From IMG/VR virus record IMGVR_UViG_2713896772_000022: a stretch of DNA of 9,731 nucleotides; one strand, written 5' to 3'. Origin of the DNA: a virus. Taxonomy: Duplodnaviria > Heunggongvirae > Uroviricota > Caudoviricetes. Made by a program: the position numbers and the translations under genes. How positions within the stretch are numbered: the stretch's first letter is position 1; every line of letters starts with the position of its first letter. The notes below the pieces were generated by a model. That model was not told the DNA's origin. It worked only from the letters and a program-made list of their open reading frames with translations, and did not search any database. Positions 1 to 6,575 of the stretch are shown here, piece by piece.

Positions 1-171
1 TTCTGACGAGTCGCTTACTTAAAAGTGAGATGTCAGCGATCATTACTAAAACGGTATACACATTCCTGCGCGCAATGCCCCGCCCGCCTGCCCGCTTCGC
101 TTAACAGACTGGTTTTCATGCACCCCGTAAATCGTCTCAGAAGCCACCACACAAGGGCTTTCGCGTCAAAA

Positions 172-206
172 ATGGCGCATGAGACTCATGCGTTTTCATG
201 CGCCAT
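172..206. repeat. Perfect 11-bp inverted repeat ATGGCGCATGA / TCATGCGCCAT with 13-nt spacer
   Basis: Read directly: 172-182 is the reverse complement of 196-206. The spacer carries further CATGCG copies. A5 precedes on the plus strand (T5 follows on the minus strand), so it could be a second minus-strand terminator or an operator. Confidence 0.6.
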
Positions 207-250
207 AGATATGCACTCATACGCTCTCAGGCCAGCCAGGAAAAAGGCGT

Positions 251-274
251 AAAAAATCCCGGTACTGGACCGGG
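251..274 (-). terminator. Rho-independent terminator of the late (sid-psu-ogr) operon
   Basis: Stem CCCGGT (258-263) / ACCGGG (269-274) with 5-nt loop. On the minus strand it is followed by ATTTTTT (251-257), 24 nt after the ogr-like stop at 298-300. Confidence 0.6.
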
Positions 275-297
275 ACTTCGTGGTCGTATTTTGCTAA

Positions 298-570
298 TCA
301 GACAGGAATTTGCTGACGGTTTGACAGCTTTGACGCGGAGCCATAGCGATTGAGAGTTTGCTGTTGTTTTTCCGGTATTTTTGCTTTGTCTGATTCCTGT
401 TCATTGCACCGAGGCTTCATAATTATCGTATCCACGCTTTCCAGTGCGGTAAATGTGCAGGAACATTCCAGATTCTGGCACTGATACCATGAGCGTTTAA
501 CCGACGGAGCTTCATAGGCGCTGGTTCTGGCGTGAGCGACCGCGCCACATTCAGGACACTTCAGGGCCAT
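298..570 (-). CDS. delta: Ogr/Delta-family zinc-finger late-gene transcriptional activator (90 aa)
   Basis: MALKCPECGAVAHARTSAYEAPSVKRSWYQCQNLECSCTFTALESV closely resembles P2 Ogr as I recall it (MFHCPLCQHAAHARTS...YHQCQNVNCSATF..ESV), with the C-x2-C...C-x4-C zinc motif. ATG at 570 chosen over the track start at 672 because the protein then starts at the conserved motif; GGAG lies ~10 nt upstream; ATG follows the psu stop (TGA 574-572) by one base. Confidence 0.85.
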   Translation of the reverse strand: MALKCPECGAVAHARTSAYEAPSVKRSWYQCQNLECSCTFTALESVDTIIMKPRCNEQESDKAKIPEKQQQTLNRYGSASKLSNRQQIPV

Positions 571-571
571 A

Positions 572-1126
572 TCAGCACACTCCTTTTTCATTAAGTCGGT
601 TAAGGCGGGCCAGGAAAACTTTATGTTGTGCCGGGGTGAAACTGGCTGAAGCATCAGCGCGCATTGATGCATCCACCGTTAATCCGGTTTCGTCGATAAT
701 GCTCTTATATGCTGCTGAAATTACCGGAGTACGCATTTCCGTTTGTCGGGCTACAGCGGTTCGTAATATTTTCATTGCCGCCTCAAGCCCGTATGGAGCG
801 CAAAGAAAAGGAGCCAGAGCGTCAGTGAGTGCATCACCATGCTCGCTCATGAAGTTTTCCGTTGCGCTTGTAACACAACTCTCCAGCACAATCTGATGAG
901 CATAAAGACCATCCCGTGCAGCACAGTTAATCTGCCATTCGAGGACTGCAAGACGCTCACGAAGATCCTCAAGCTGGCTGGCATATGCTGCCGGTTTTTC
1001 TTCAGTATCCAGCAGAGCCGCCAGACGAAGCTGGTAGGTACTTTGCGTATTACGTAGTGTCAGCCAGCTTTTTATCGCCGAGCGGTAATCGTTGAGTGCT
1101 TCCTGAGTAATGGTTCCGGCATTCAT
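572..1126 (-). CDS. psu: Polarity suppression protein Psu (184 aa)
   Basis: Segments FMSEHGDALTDALAPFL and ASFTPAQHKVFLAR match my recollection of P4 Psu (FMQQHGTALAAALAPEL; EKFTPAQNMIFSRK); length close to 190 aa. ATG at 1126-1124 overlaps the upstream stop TGA 1125-1123 (ATGA coupling). Confidence 0.85.
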   Translation of the reverse strand: MNAGTITQEALNDYRSAIKSWLTLRNTQSTYQLRLAALLDTEEKPAAYASQLEDLRERLAVLEWQINCAARDGLYAHQIVLESCVTSATENFMSEHGDALTDALAPFLCAPYGLEAAMKILRTAVARQTEMRTPVISAAYKSIIDETGLTVDASMRADASASFTPAQHKVFLARLNRLNEKGVC

Positions 1127-1875
1127 TTCTTCTCGCCCCCTTTAACCATGTCACGCTGTTTAAGCATCCGTGAACGCGCTGCAGGGCTGGGGGATTGTCT
1201 GGCATCCTGGATGGCTTTATCGTCCGCATAAATGCTGATCCCCGGCAGGGTAATATCATCGGTTGAAGATACGTTACAGGACAGTGCCGGAGTGGTGAGT
1301 TGCTCGCTGATAAATTGCTTCAGCACACTTTCGGGGTCGTTTACGGTATGAACTACACCGATAACAGCAGAAGCGCTTCGGCCCAGAGTCATTTTCAGCA
1401 GTCCAAGGATCTGAATAAGTTTCTGACCGTGTTCCTTCATAAACTCATTCCAGAGCCACACTGCATGAGTTTCAATCAGGCGATTATGTTCGCTGATGTA
1501 GTGGTTTGCAGCATCCGCAGTTTTCCAGGGCAGGAATTCATTTTCTGCCGCCTGAGCTGCCAGCAAATCTTCGAACTCATCCAGTGTTTCGCGTCCGAGG
1601 GCGATTTCTGCCCGCAGTTTTTTCATGCGTGGCGTCATATTTCCCTGATTCTCACGAAACAGGTTTCGCCATTCATCATTAAGCGCCTGCGTTTCCGTTT
1701 TTGTATCTTCCTGACGTTTACGGATAGTTTCAATCATTGCAGCAGCTTCAGTTTGTTTTCGTCGTTCTTCCTGCCAGACAGCTTTTGCTGCCTTAACTTT
1801 ATCCACCGCTTCGCGAATTTTCGGTGGGAGGGAGGGTGTAATGTTTGCATCAGGGATCTGGTTAACAGTAGTCAT
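1123..1875 (-). CDS. sid: Sid-like capsid size determination protein (putative, 250 aa)
   Basis: First gene of the late operon, immediately upstream of and coupled to psu; charged, helix-prone N-terminal half; size close to P4 Sid (244 aa). Track start at 1908 is TTG; the ATG at 1875 has GGAG 7 nt upstream. Assignment is by synteny and composition, not recognised motifs. Confidence 0.55.
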   Translation of the reverse strand: MTTVNQIPDANITPSLPPKIREAVDKVKAAKAVWQEERRKQTEAAAMIETIRKRQEDTKTETQALNDEWRNLFRENQGNMTPRMKKLRAEIALGRETLDEFEDLLAAQAAENEFLPWKTADAANHYISEHNRLIETHAVWLWNEFMKEHGQKLIQILGLLKMTLGRSASAVIGVVHTVNDPESVLKQFISEQLTTPALSCNVSSTDDITLPGISIYADDKAIQDARQSPSPAARSRMLKQRDMVKGGEKK

Positions 1876-1995
1876 GACTGCTCCGGTAGTGTTTTGTTGT
1901 TGTGTCAATTGTGCCGGGGTCCATACAAGCGCACTACCGAGGAGGATTGTGTCAGTGACTGAACAATGACCTTGTTCTGGCTAGCCAGAGAAAGG

Positions 1996-2013
1996 TGTCA
2001 TGTCTGATCTACA
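1996..2013 (-). promoter_or_regulatory. TGT-N12-ACA Ogr/Delta-type activator box; candidate Psid-like late promoter element
   Basis: TGT(1996-1998)-N12-ACA(2011-2013), ~125 bp upstream of the sid-like ATG. P2 late promoters and P4 Psid/PLL carry this dyad near -55. The -10 element was not confidently placed. Confidence 0.4.
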
Positions 2014-2030
2014 CGCTTCCTTTAATACAT

Positions 2031-2050
2031 ACTATTCACTACTGTTCACT
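2031..2050 (+). repeat. Tandem 10-bp direct repeat ACTATTCACT / ACTGTTCACT (TTCAC iteron-like)
   Basis: Read directly; contains TGTTCACT, one mismatch from the TGTTCACC octamer I recall as the P4 alpha-binding type I iteron. Confidence 0.45.
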
Positions 2051-2114
2051 TCAATAAAAATATAGTAAATACATGTGGTTAAGTGGTGTAGTGTTTTAAT
2101 TAAAGTGATCATCT

Positions 2115-2134
2115 ACTGTTCATGACTGTTCACA
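2115..2134 (+). promoter_or_regulatory. Tandem ACTGTTCATG / ACTGTTCACA repeat that also forms a TGT-N12-ACA box (2117-2134); iteron and/or PLL-like activator site
   Basis: Read directly. A CATATAAG -10-like hexamer lies at 2164-2171, ~45 bp downstream. The site is ~660 bp upstream of the alpA-like ATG, so the promoter assignment is weak. Confidence 0.35.
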
Positions 2135-2210
2135 GAGATAAAATTAAACATATATTTCTTTTTCATATAAGTCGCGATATTTATTTCAGTTTATTACTGG
2201 ATCTTTTCTC

Positions 2211-2250
2211 CTCACCAATATTCACCAGTATTCACCAGTATTCAATACAT
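2211..2250 (+). repeat. Four tandem 10-bp units CTCACCAATA / TTCACCAGTA / TTCACCAGTA / TTCAATACAT (ori-like iteron array)
   Basis: Read directly; helical-phase 10-bp periodicity and a TTCACC core. Confidence 0.5.
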
Positions 2251-2789
2251 ATTCTATGTAAAGAATAAAAGATGTCTTATGTCTGTTTAATAATTAAACA
2301 TTCAACCTCCCTGCACTCAGTTGCATTTCAGGAAAATATTCATAAAAATGAATTTGTCTGATGTTCATTAAACACATCCGGATACATGCGGAAGTAAGAT
2401 GGTAATTTAATTTCTTTAATCATCGGATTTATTGATACATATGGTGAGCTGTTTATTTTTGGCCGTTTTGGCTCTTTTATTAATCAGGTGTTGTCTTAGT
2501 GCTTATGATGTAACGCCCTGAATGATATGGGCTGGTTCAGATTTGAGCTGTGATCCTGCCTAGTGTAATAGACTTTTTTATTATTGATGCTCCTTATTAT
2601 ATTCCATAAAGGAATTGTTTGTTTTTGTTCGTTTCATACGGTTTTTAGCTGTTTTATTTTTTGAGAAATCAACATTTCACACAAAATAAATAAAGCATGC
2701 GCGAGCCGCTTATATAAACATAATAAGGAGCTACCTGAATCCGCATGGAATTGCCCGGACTGTTGTAAACATATTAGAGAGGTAGCCAG

Positions 2790-3050
2790 ATGAATAGTAT
2801 TTCCGTTTCCACCCCGGCACCAGCTGCTCCGGTGCTCCCGGTTCCGGCTCAGCAGGAGCGCTTCATACGATTACCTGAAGTGATGCACCTTTGCGGGCTA
2901 TCCCGTTCAACCATCTACGACCTTATCAGCCGCGATGCCTTCCCGCAGCAGATATCCCTGGGTGGAAAAAATGTGGCCTGGGTACAGTCGGAGGTCAGTG
3001 CATGGATGGCGGCGCGAATTGCTGCCCGCGAGCAAGGAGGCCATGCGTGA
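2790..3050 (+). CDS. AlpA/Vis-family phage transcriptional regulator (86 aa)
   Basis: [47 protein letters not shown] has the AlpA-family helix-turn-helix signature (LSRSTIY...FP..LGGR.V.W...E). ATG at 2790 with GAGAGG ~8 nt upstream; stop TGA 3048-3050. Confidence 0.85.
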   Translation: MNSISVSTPAPAAPVLPVPAQQERFIRLPEVMHLCGLSRSTIYDLISRDAFPQQISLGGKNVAWVQSEVSAWMAARIAAREQGGHA

Positions 3051-3085
3051 AACTTGCTTTGCAGTCTCATCTTCTTTTTTCTGGC

Positions 3086-3115
3086 TTGCGTCCTGATATC
3101 TTTTCCAGGTATAGT
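3086..3115 (+). promoter_or_regulatory. Candidate sigma70 promoter (TTGCGT-N18-TATAGT), possible PLE-like promoter
   Basis: -35-like TTGCGT at 3086-3091 and -10-like TATAGT at 3110-3115; lies upstream of the seqA-like element. Predicted by eye only. Confidence 0.3.
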
Positions 3116-3144
3116 TTTCCCGCTGCCGCAAAATCGGCTGCCGG

Positions 3145-3177
3145 GCGTAGGAACCCGAGTTACTTATTGGCGACACC
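3145..3177 (+). promoter_or_regulatory. seqA-like target sequence (GCGTAGGAAC ... TACTTATTGG)
   Basis: Blocks GTAGGAA and CTTATTGG are exactly complementary to TTCCTAC (3321-3327) and CCAATAAG (3306-3313) downstream; the same two blocks recur at 3352-3392. Confidence 0.4.
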
Positions 3178-3178
3178 A

Positions 3179-3200
3179 GACGCGCCGTGCGTCTTTTTTT
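3179..3200 (+). terminator. Hairpin GACGC-GCCGT-GCGTC followed by T7 (terminator-like; possible immunity terminator or RNA structure)
   Basis: 5-bp GC stem at 3179-3183 / 3189-3193 and a run of seven T at 3194-3200, immediately after the seqA-like element. Confidence 0.4.
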
Positions 3201-3239
3201 ACGTCGTTGCTCAGGCACACCCATTTTTCGGGCTGCGGT

Positions 3240-3340
3240 GCTTATACCTTAGCCCCTTTCAGATAATGGTGGTCCGGGCGGGGCAGCCTTCGGGCTGGCC
3301 GGTTTCCAATAAGGCCGGTATTCCTACCCCCGTTCGGGTC
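3240..3340 (+). ncRNA. Candidate CI-like immunity RNA containing a seqB-like segment (3303-3330); boundaries approximate
   Basis: GC-rich untranslated stretch with several short hairpins (e.g. GCC-TTCG-GGC; CCGG...CCGG) and a segment antisense to both seqA-like and seqC-like. No convincing ORF with a ribosome-binding site. Confidence 0.25.
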
Positions 3341-3351
3341 ACCACCCATGA

Positions 3352-3392
3352 GCGTAGGAACTCCGGTGGTGGCATTTACCGCTACTTATTGG
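3352..3392 (+). promoter_or_regulatory. seqC-like target sequence overlapping the RBS of the first small gene
   Basis: GCGTAGGAAC at 3352-3361 and TACTTATTGG at 3383-3392; the second block is fused to the GGAGG Shine-Dalgarno of the ATG at 3404. Confidence 0.4.
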
Positions 3393-3403
3393 AGGTTGCC
3401 CTT

Positions 3404-3595
3404 ATGGCTACGATCCTCGCCCCGTCACATCCTCAATTTATATTTGTTTTTGCCGCCGTTCGTCGTGCAGAACGTAAACCACGTATCAGTATGCTGCGTA
3501 TCATCGCCAGCAATGAGCATCATGCACGTCTTTCACTGGTCCATGAGTATGTGCTTTGTCTTGCTGCTCGCCTGCCTGTCCGGGAGGTGATCTAA
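3404..3595 (+). CDS. Small protein (63 aa), first gene of the replication operon; possibly Kil-like with a nested in-frame internal start
   Basis: ATG at 3404 with GGAGG 8 nt upstream; stop TAA 3593-3595 overlaps the next ATG (TAATG). Internal in-frame Met at codon 30. Functional assignment is by position only. Confidence 0.4.
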   Translation: MATILAPSHPQFIFVFAAVRRAERKPRISMLRIIASNEHHARLSLVHEYVLCLAARLPVREVI

Positions 3596-3819
3596 TGAAT
3601 CACGCCGCAATCTCTTATGACGATATTCTCCGCCTGAAGCATCTTCGTAACGTGGGAGAGTTTGTCACTGGAATGGCTGTTCTTCAGGATTGCTACGAAA
3701 AACCTGCCAGTGCTCAATGTGAACAACTGGTTTCCCTGATTTATCTGATGACAGAGCAGCTTGATGGCGTGGTACAGCGTTGCCAGGATGACCTCATGAA
3801 CATGGAGGTGGTGCAATGA
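3595..3819 (+). CDS. Hypothetical small protein (74 aa)
   Basis: ATG at 3595 preceded by GGGAGGTGA about 6 nt upstream; the track's upstream extension starts at a non-ATG codon. Stop TGA 3817-3819 overlaps the next ATG (ATGA). Confidence 0.55.
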   Translation: MNHAAISYDDILRLKHLRNVGEFVTGMAVLQDCYEKPASAQCEQLVSLIYLMTEQLDGVVQRCQDDLMNMEVVQ

Positions 3820-4139
3820 AATCACGCACTCTTTCCCTTTCACTTCGGGTAGCGTTGTATCGCCGCGCGGTAGCCTGCGCCTGGTTGAGTGCCTGCTATC
3901 AGCAAAACCGCCATCTGCAGCTCACTCTGGATGAAATTGAAACCGCTATTGCCCGTGAGCTTGAAGGATTTTATCTGCGACAGCACGGGCAAACAAAAGG
4001 CATGGAAATCGCCTGCGCCCTGCTTTCAGACCTGATGGAATACGGCCCTCTAATGTCCTGTCCCGCACTCTCCCAGCTCGGAATAGCCGTAATGGATGAG
4101 TTATGCGTCCGTCACATCAAAAAGCCGGTTTTACACTGA
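3816..4139 (+). CDS. Hypothetical protein (107 aa), immediately upstream of the primase
   Basis: ATG at 3816 with GGAGGTGG upstream; translationally coupled to the previous gene; stop TGA 4137-4139 is 14 nt before the primase ATG. Confidence 0.6.
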   Translation: MKSRTLSLSLRVALYRRAVACAWLSACYQQNRHLQLTLDEIETAIARELEGFYLRQHGQTKGMEIACALLSDLMEYGPLMSCPALSQLGIAVMDELCVRHIKKPVLH

Positions 4140-4153
4140 GGGAGAACTGCGTC

Positions 4154-6487
4154 ATGTCAGGAATGAAAGTCAGTCAGGCCGTGAAGGCTGCCCGCGGTCA
4201 CTGGGCTCAGATTCTGCCAGCGCTGGGCGTGAATATATTGAAAAATCGCCATCAGCCTTGCCCGGTCTGTGGCGGTAAAGATCGTTTTCGCTTCGACGAT
4301 CAGGAAGGACGCGGAACATGGTTCTGCAATCAGTGCGGAGCCGGGGATGGTTTAGCGCTTGTCACCAGGGCACTGAATGTGGATATCAGTGAAGCAGCTG
4401 ACAGGATACATGGACTGACACATGATCTGTCTGTAGTTAATTCCGAGGTCAGGACGTTAACCGCCGATACCGATAGCGGGAAAGATGCAGCGGCAGCACT
4501 TGCCGCGCGACTGCTGCAAGCCTCGCGTGAATCTGCCGGAAACACTTATCTTACACATAAAGGTTTCCCGGAGCATATTTGCCATGAGCTGACTTCAGCT
4601 CATAAGGCCGGTGGTATGATGTTCCGCCCCGGTGATTTGATCGTCCCACTCTATAACGCTGACGGGGAGCTGGTGAATATTCAGCTCATCAGTGGCAATG
4701 GTAGCAAGTGTTTTCTTAAAGGAGGTCAGGTTAAGGAGGCCTATCATCTGATAGAAGGGGGCGGGAGTTCTGTAAGAAGGATTTGGATTGCGGAAGGTTA
4801 CGCCACGGCGCTTACCATTCATTATTTGACAGGAGAAGCCGTCATGGTGGCATTTTCGTCGGTCAACTTTCTTTCTCTGAGCAGCGTTGCCCATAATAAG
4901 TATCCGGGATATCAGTTAATTATTGCAGCGGACCGCGATCTGAATGGTTCAGGCCAGAACAGGGCTGAAACTGCTGCAAAAGCGAGTCAGTGTGACATTG
5001 TGCTGCCACCGGTTTTTGGTGACTGGAATGATGCGCTTACCCAATACGGAGAGGAATCCACCCGGAAGGCAATTCTTGAGGCTTTGAAGCCACATAACGC
5101 CAGTCCTTTCGACACAATGAGTGAAGCAGAATTCACAGCGATGAGTGTCAGCGAAAAAGCTCAGAGGGTTCGGGAGCATTACAGGGATGCACTGGCGGTT
5201 GATCCGAACGGGCAGCTTTTATCCCGCTACGAGTCTGGAGCGTGGAAAGTTATTTCTCAGTCAGATTTTGCCCGAGATGTCGCAGCCCTTTTCCAGCGCC
5301 TCGGGGCACCGTTTTCCTCAGGAAAAATTGCCTCACTGGTGGAAACATTAAAGTTAATTGTTCCGCAGCAGCAAAATCCGTCACGTCATCTGATTGGTTT
5401 TCGTAATGGCGTTCTCGATACGCGAACAGGGCTTTTTAGTCCGCACTGTAAAGAGAACTGGCTGCGTACCCTGTGTGAAGTCGATTTCACGCCACCGGTA
5501 AAGGGGGAAACGCTTGAAACTCATGCCCCGGCATTCTGGCGTTGGCTGGACCGGGCCGCCGGACACAAGCCAGCAAAACGCGACATTATTCTTGCAGCGT
5601 TATTTATGGTGCTGGCGAACCGCTATGACTGGCAGCTCTTTCTGGAAGTGACTGGCCCTGGTGGAAGTGGCAAAAGTATTCTGGCTGAAATTGCGACCAT
5701 GCTTGCTGGAGAGGATAACGCCACCTCTGCGACCATTGAAACGCTGGAGTCCTCGCGAGAACGTGCGGCTCTGATAGGTTTTTCTCTTATTCGCCTGCCT
5801 GATCAGGAGAAGTGGAGCGGCGACGGCGCCGGGCTTAAGGCTATAACTGGTGGCGATGCAGTATCTGTGGACCCCAAATATCAGAATGCTTATTCAACAC
5901 ATATTCCGGCGGTTATCTTGGCCGTAAATAATAATCCTATGCGCTTCACTGATCGCAGTGGTGGTGTGTCCCGCAGGAGAGTTATTCTGCATTTTCCTGA
6001 GCAGATAGCACCGGAAGAACGCGATCCGCAGTTGAAAGATAAAATTGCACGAGAACTGGCTGTGATTGTTCGTCAGCTCATGCAGCGTTTCAGCGATCCG
6101 ATGAGCGCCAGAACATTGCTTCAGTCGCAGCAGAATTCTGATGAGGCTCTCACCATCAAGCGTGATGCTGATCCAGCATTTGATTTTTGTGGCTACCTTG
6201 AGGCATTACCTGACACCAACGGTATGTTTATGGGGAACGCCAATATTGTCCCACGCCAGCCACGTACATACCTTTACCATGCCTACCTCGTATACATGGA
6301 GGCTAATGGCTATAAAAACACCCTGAGTCTTACGATGTTTGGCAAAGGGTTGCCAGTCATGCTGAAGGAGTACGGGCTACATTATGAGAAACGGCGAACT
6401 AATCAGGGAATGCAAACTAACCTCACTTTGAAAGAGGAGAGTAATGCAGACTGGCTGCCCAAGTGTGATGAGCCAATATTAAAATAA
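4154..6487 (+). CDS. alpha: P4 alpha-type bifunctional DNA primase/helicase (777 aa)
   Basis: N-terminal zinc ribbon CPVCGGKDRFRFDD...CNQCG; Toprim-like IAEGYATALT and AADRD; Walker A VTGPGGSGKS of a D5/SF3-type helicase. ATG at 4154 has GAGGGAG 9 nt upstream and gives 777 aa, the length I recall for P4 alpha; the track start at 4103 is an alternative. Confidence 0.92.
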   Translation: MSGMKVSQAVKAARGHWAQILPALGVNILKNRHQPCPVCGGKDRFRFDDQEGRGTWFCNQCGAGDGLALVTRALNVDISEAADRIHGLTHDLSVVNSEVRTLTADTDSGKDAAAALAARLLQASRESAGNTYLTHKGFPEHICHELTSAHKAGGMMFRPGDLIVPLYNADGELVNIQLISGNGSKCFLKGGQVKEAYHLIEGGGSSVRRIWIAEGYATALTIHYLTGEAVMVAFSSVNFLSLSSVAHNKYPGYQLIIAADRDLNGSGQNRAETAAKASQCDIVLPPVFGDWNDALTQYGEESTRKAILEALKPHNASPFDTMSEAEFTAMSVSEKAQRVREHYRDALAVDPNGQLLSRYESGAWKVISQSDFARDVAALFQRLGAPFSSGKIASLVETLKLIVPQQQNPSRHLIGFRNGVLDTRTGLFSPHCKENWLRTLCEVDFTPPVKGETLETHAPAFWRWLDRAAGHKPAKRDIILAALFMVLANRYDWQLFLEVTGPGGSGKSILAEIATMLAGEDNATSATIETLESSRERAALIGFSLIRLPDQEKWSGDGAGLKAITGGDAVSVDPKYQNAYSTHIPAVILAVNNNPMRFTDRSGGVSRRRVILHFPEQIAPEERDPQLKDKIARELAVIVRQLMQRFSDPMSARTLLQSQQNSDEALTIKRDADPAFDFCGYLEALPDTNGMFMGNANIVPRQPRTYLYHAYLVYMEANGYKNTLSLTMFGKGLPVMLKEYGLHYEKRRTNQGMQTNLTLKEESNADWLPKCDEPILK

Positions 6488-6498
6488 CGATTAACTAA

Positions 6499-6523
6499 CC
6501 CGGCTGATGCCGGGCTTCTTATT
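6499..6523 (+). terminator. Rho-independent terminator downstream of the primase
   Basis: Stem CCCGGC (6499-6504) / GCCGGG (6509-6514), loop TGAT, then CTTCTTATT; 12 nt after the primase stop. Confidence 0.5.
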
Positions 6524-6548
6524 GGAAACGCACAAATGTAGAGATAGC

Positions 6549-6575
6549 TGTTCACTCTTCACCTCGCTGTTAACA
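6549..6575 (+). repeat. crr-like iteron cluster: TGTTCAC, TTCACC and the palindrome TGTTAACA
   Basis: Read directly. Further inverted copies at 6610-6617 (GGTGAATA) and 6750-6756 (GTGAACA). The same motif family recurs ~4.4 kb away at 2031-2250. Confidence 0.45.

Noticed and set aside
25-252. 75-aa plus-strand ORF at the window start
   Set aside because: Starts with GTG, no ribosome-binding site, arginine/histidine-rich composition without structure, and overlaps the palindrome and terminator region.
298-672. Longer 124-aa version of the Ogr/Delta-like ORF
   Set aside because: The extension overlaps the psu C-terminus and adds 34 residues before the conserved CPxC start; the ATG at 570 directly follows the psu stop and has GGAG upstream.
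636-1962. Plus-strand ORFs 636-896, 839-1057, 1300-1962 and minus-strand 1050-1259
   Set aside because: All are antisense to or frame-shifted within the well-supported psu and sid-like genes; no start context; typical shadow ORFs.
3348-3590. 80-aa ORF (ATG start) overlapping the seqC-like region in another frame
   Set aside because: No Shine-Dalgarno before the ATG and low-complexity hydrophobic product; the overlapping 63-aa frame has better initiation signals. Not fully excluded.
2891-3595. 234-aa plus-strand ORF spanning alpA into the leader region; also 2907-3224 (minus) and 3054-3266 (plus)
   Set aside because: The long frame runs out of frame across the AlpA-like gene and the GC-rich untranslated leader and starts at a non-ATG codon; only its last 63 codons (from ATG 3404 with GGAGG) were kept. 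The other two start with non-ATG codons, lack ribosome-binding sites and have junk-like composition.
4103-4153. Upstream in-frame start for the primase (ATG 4103)
   Set aside because: It would overlap the last 12 codons of the preceding gene and lacks a Shine-Dalgarno; ATG 4154 has GAGGGAG upstream and gives the expected 777 aa.
4096-6326. Internal and antisense ORFs within the primase (4096-4278, 4330-4545, 4595-4894, 4949-5179, 5145-5351, 5381-5566, 6141-6326)
   Set aside because: All nested in or antisense to a long, motif-rich primase-helicase reading frame; none has its own initiation signals.
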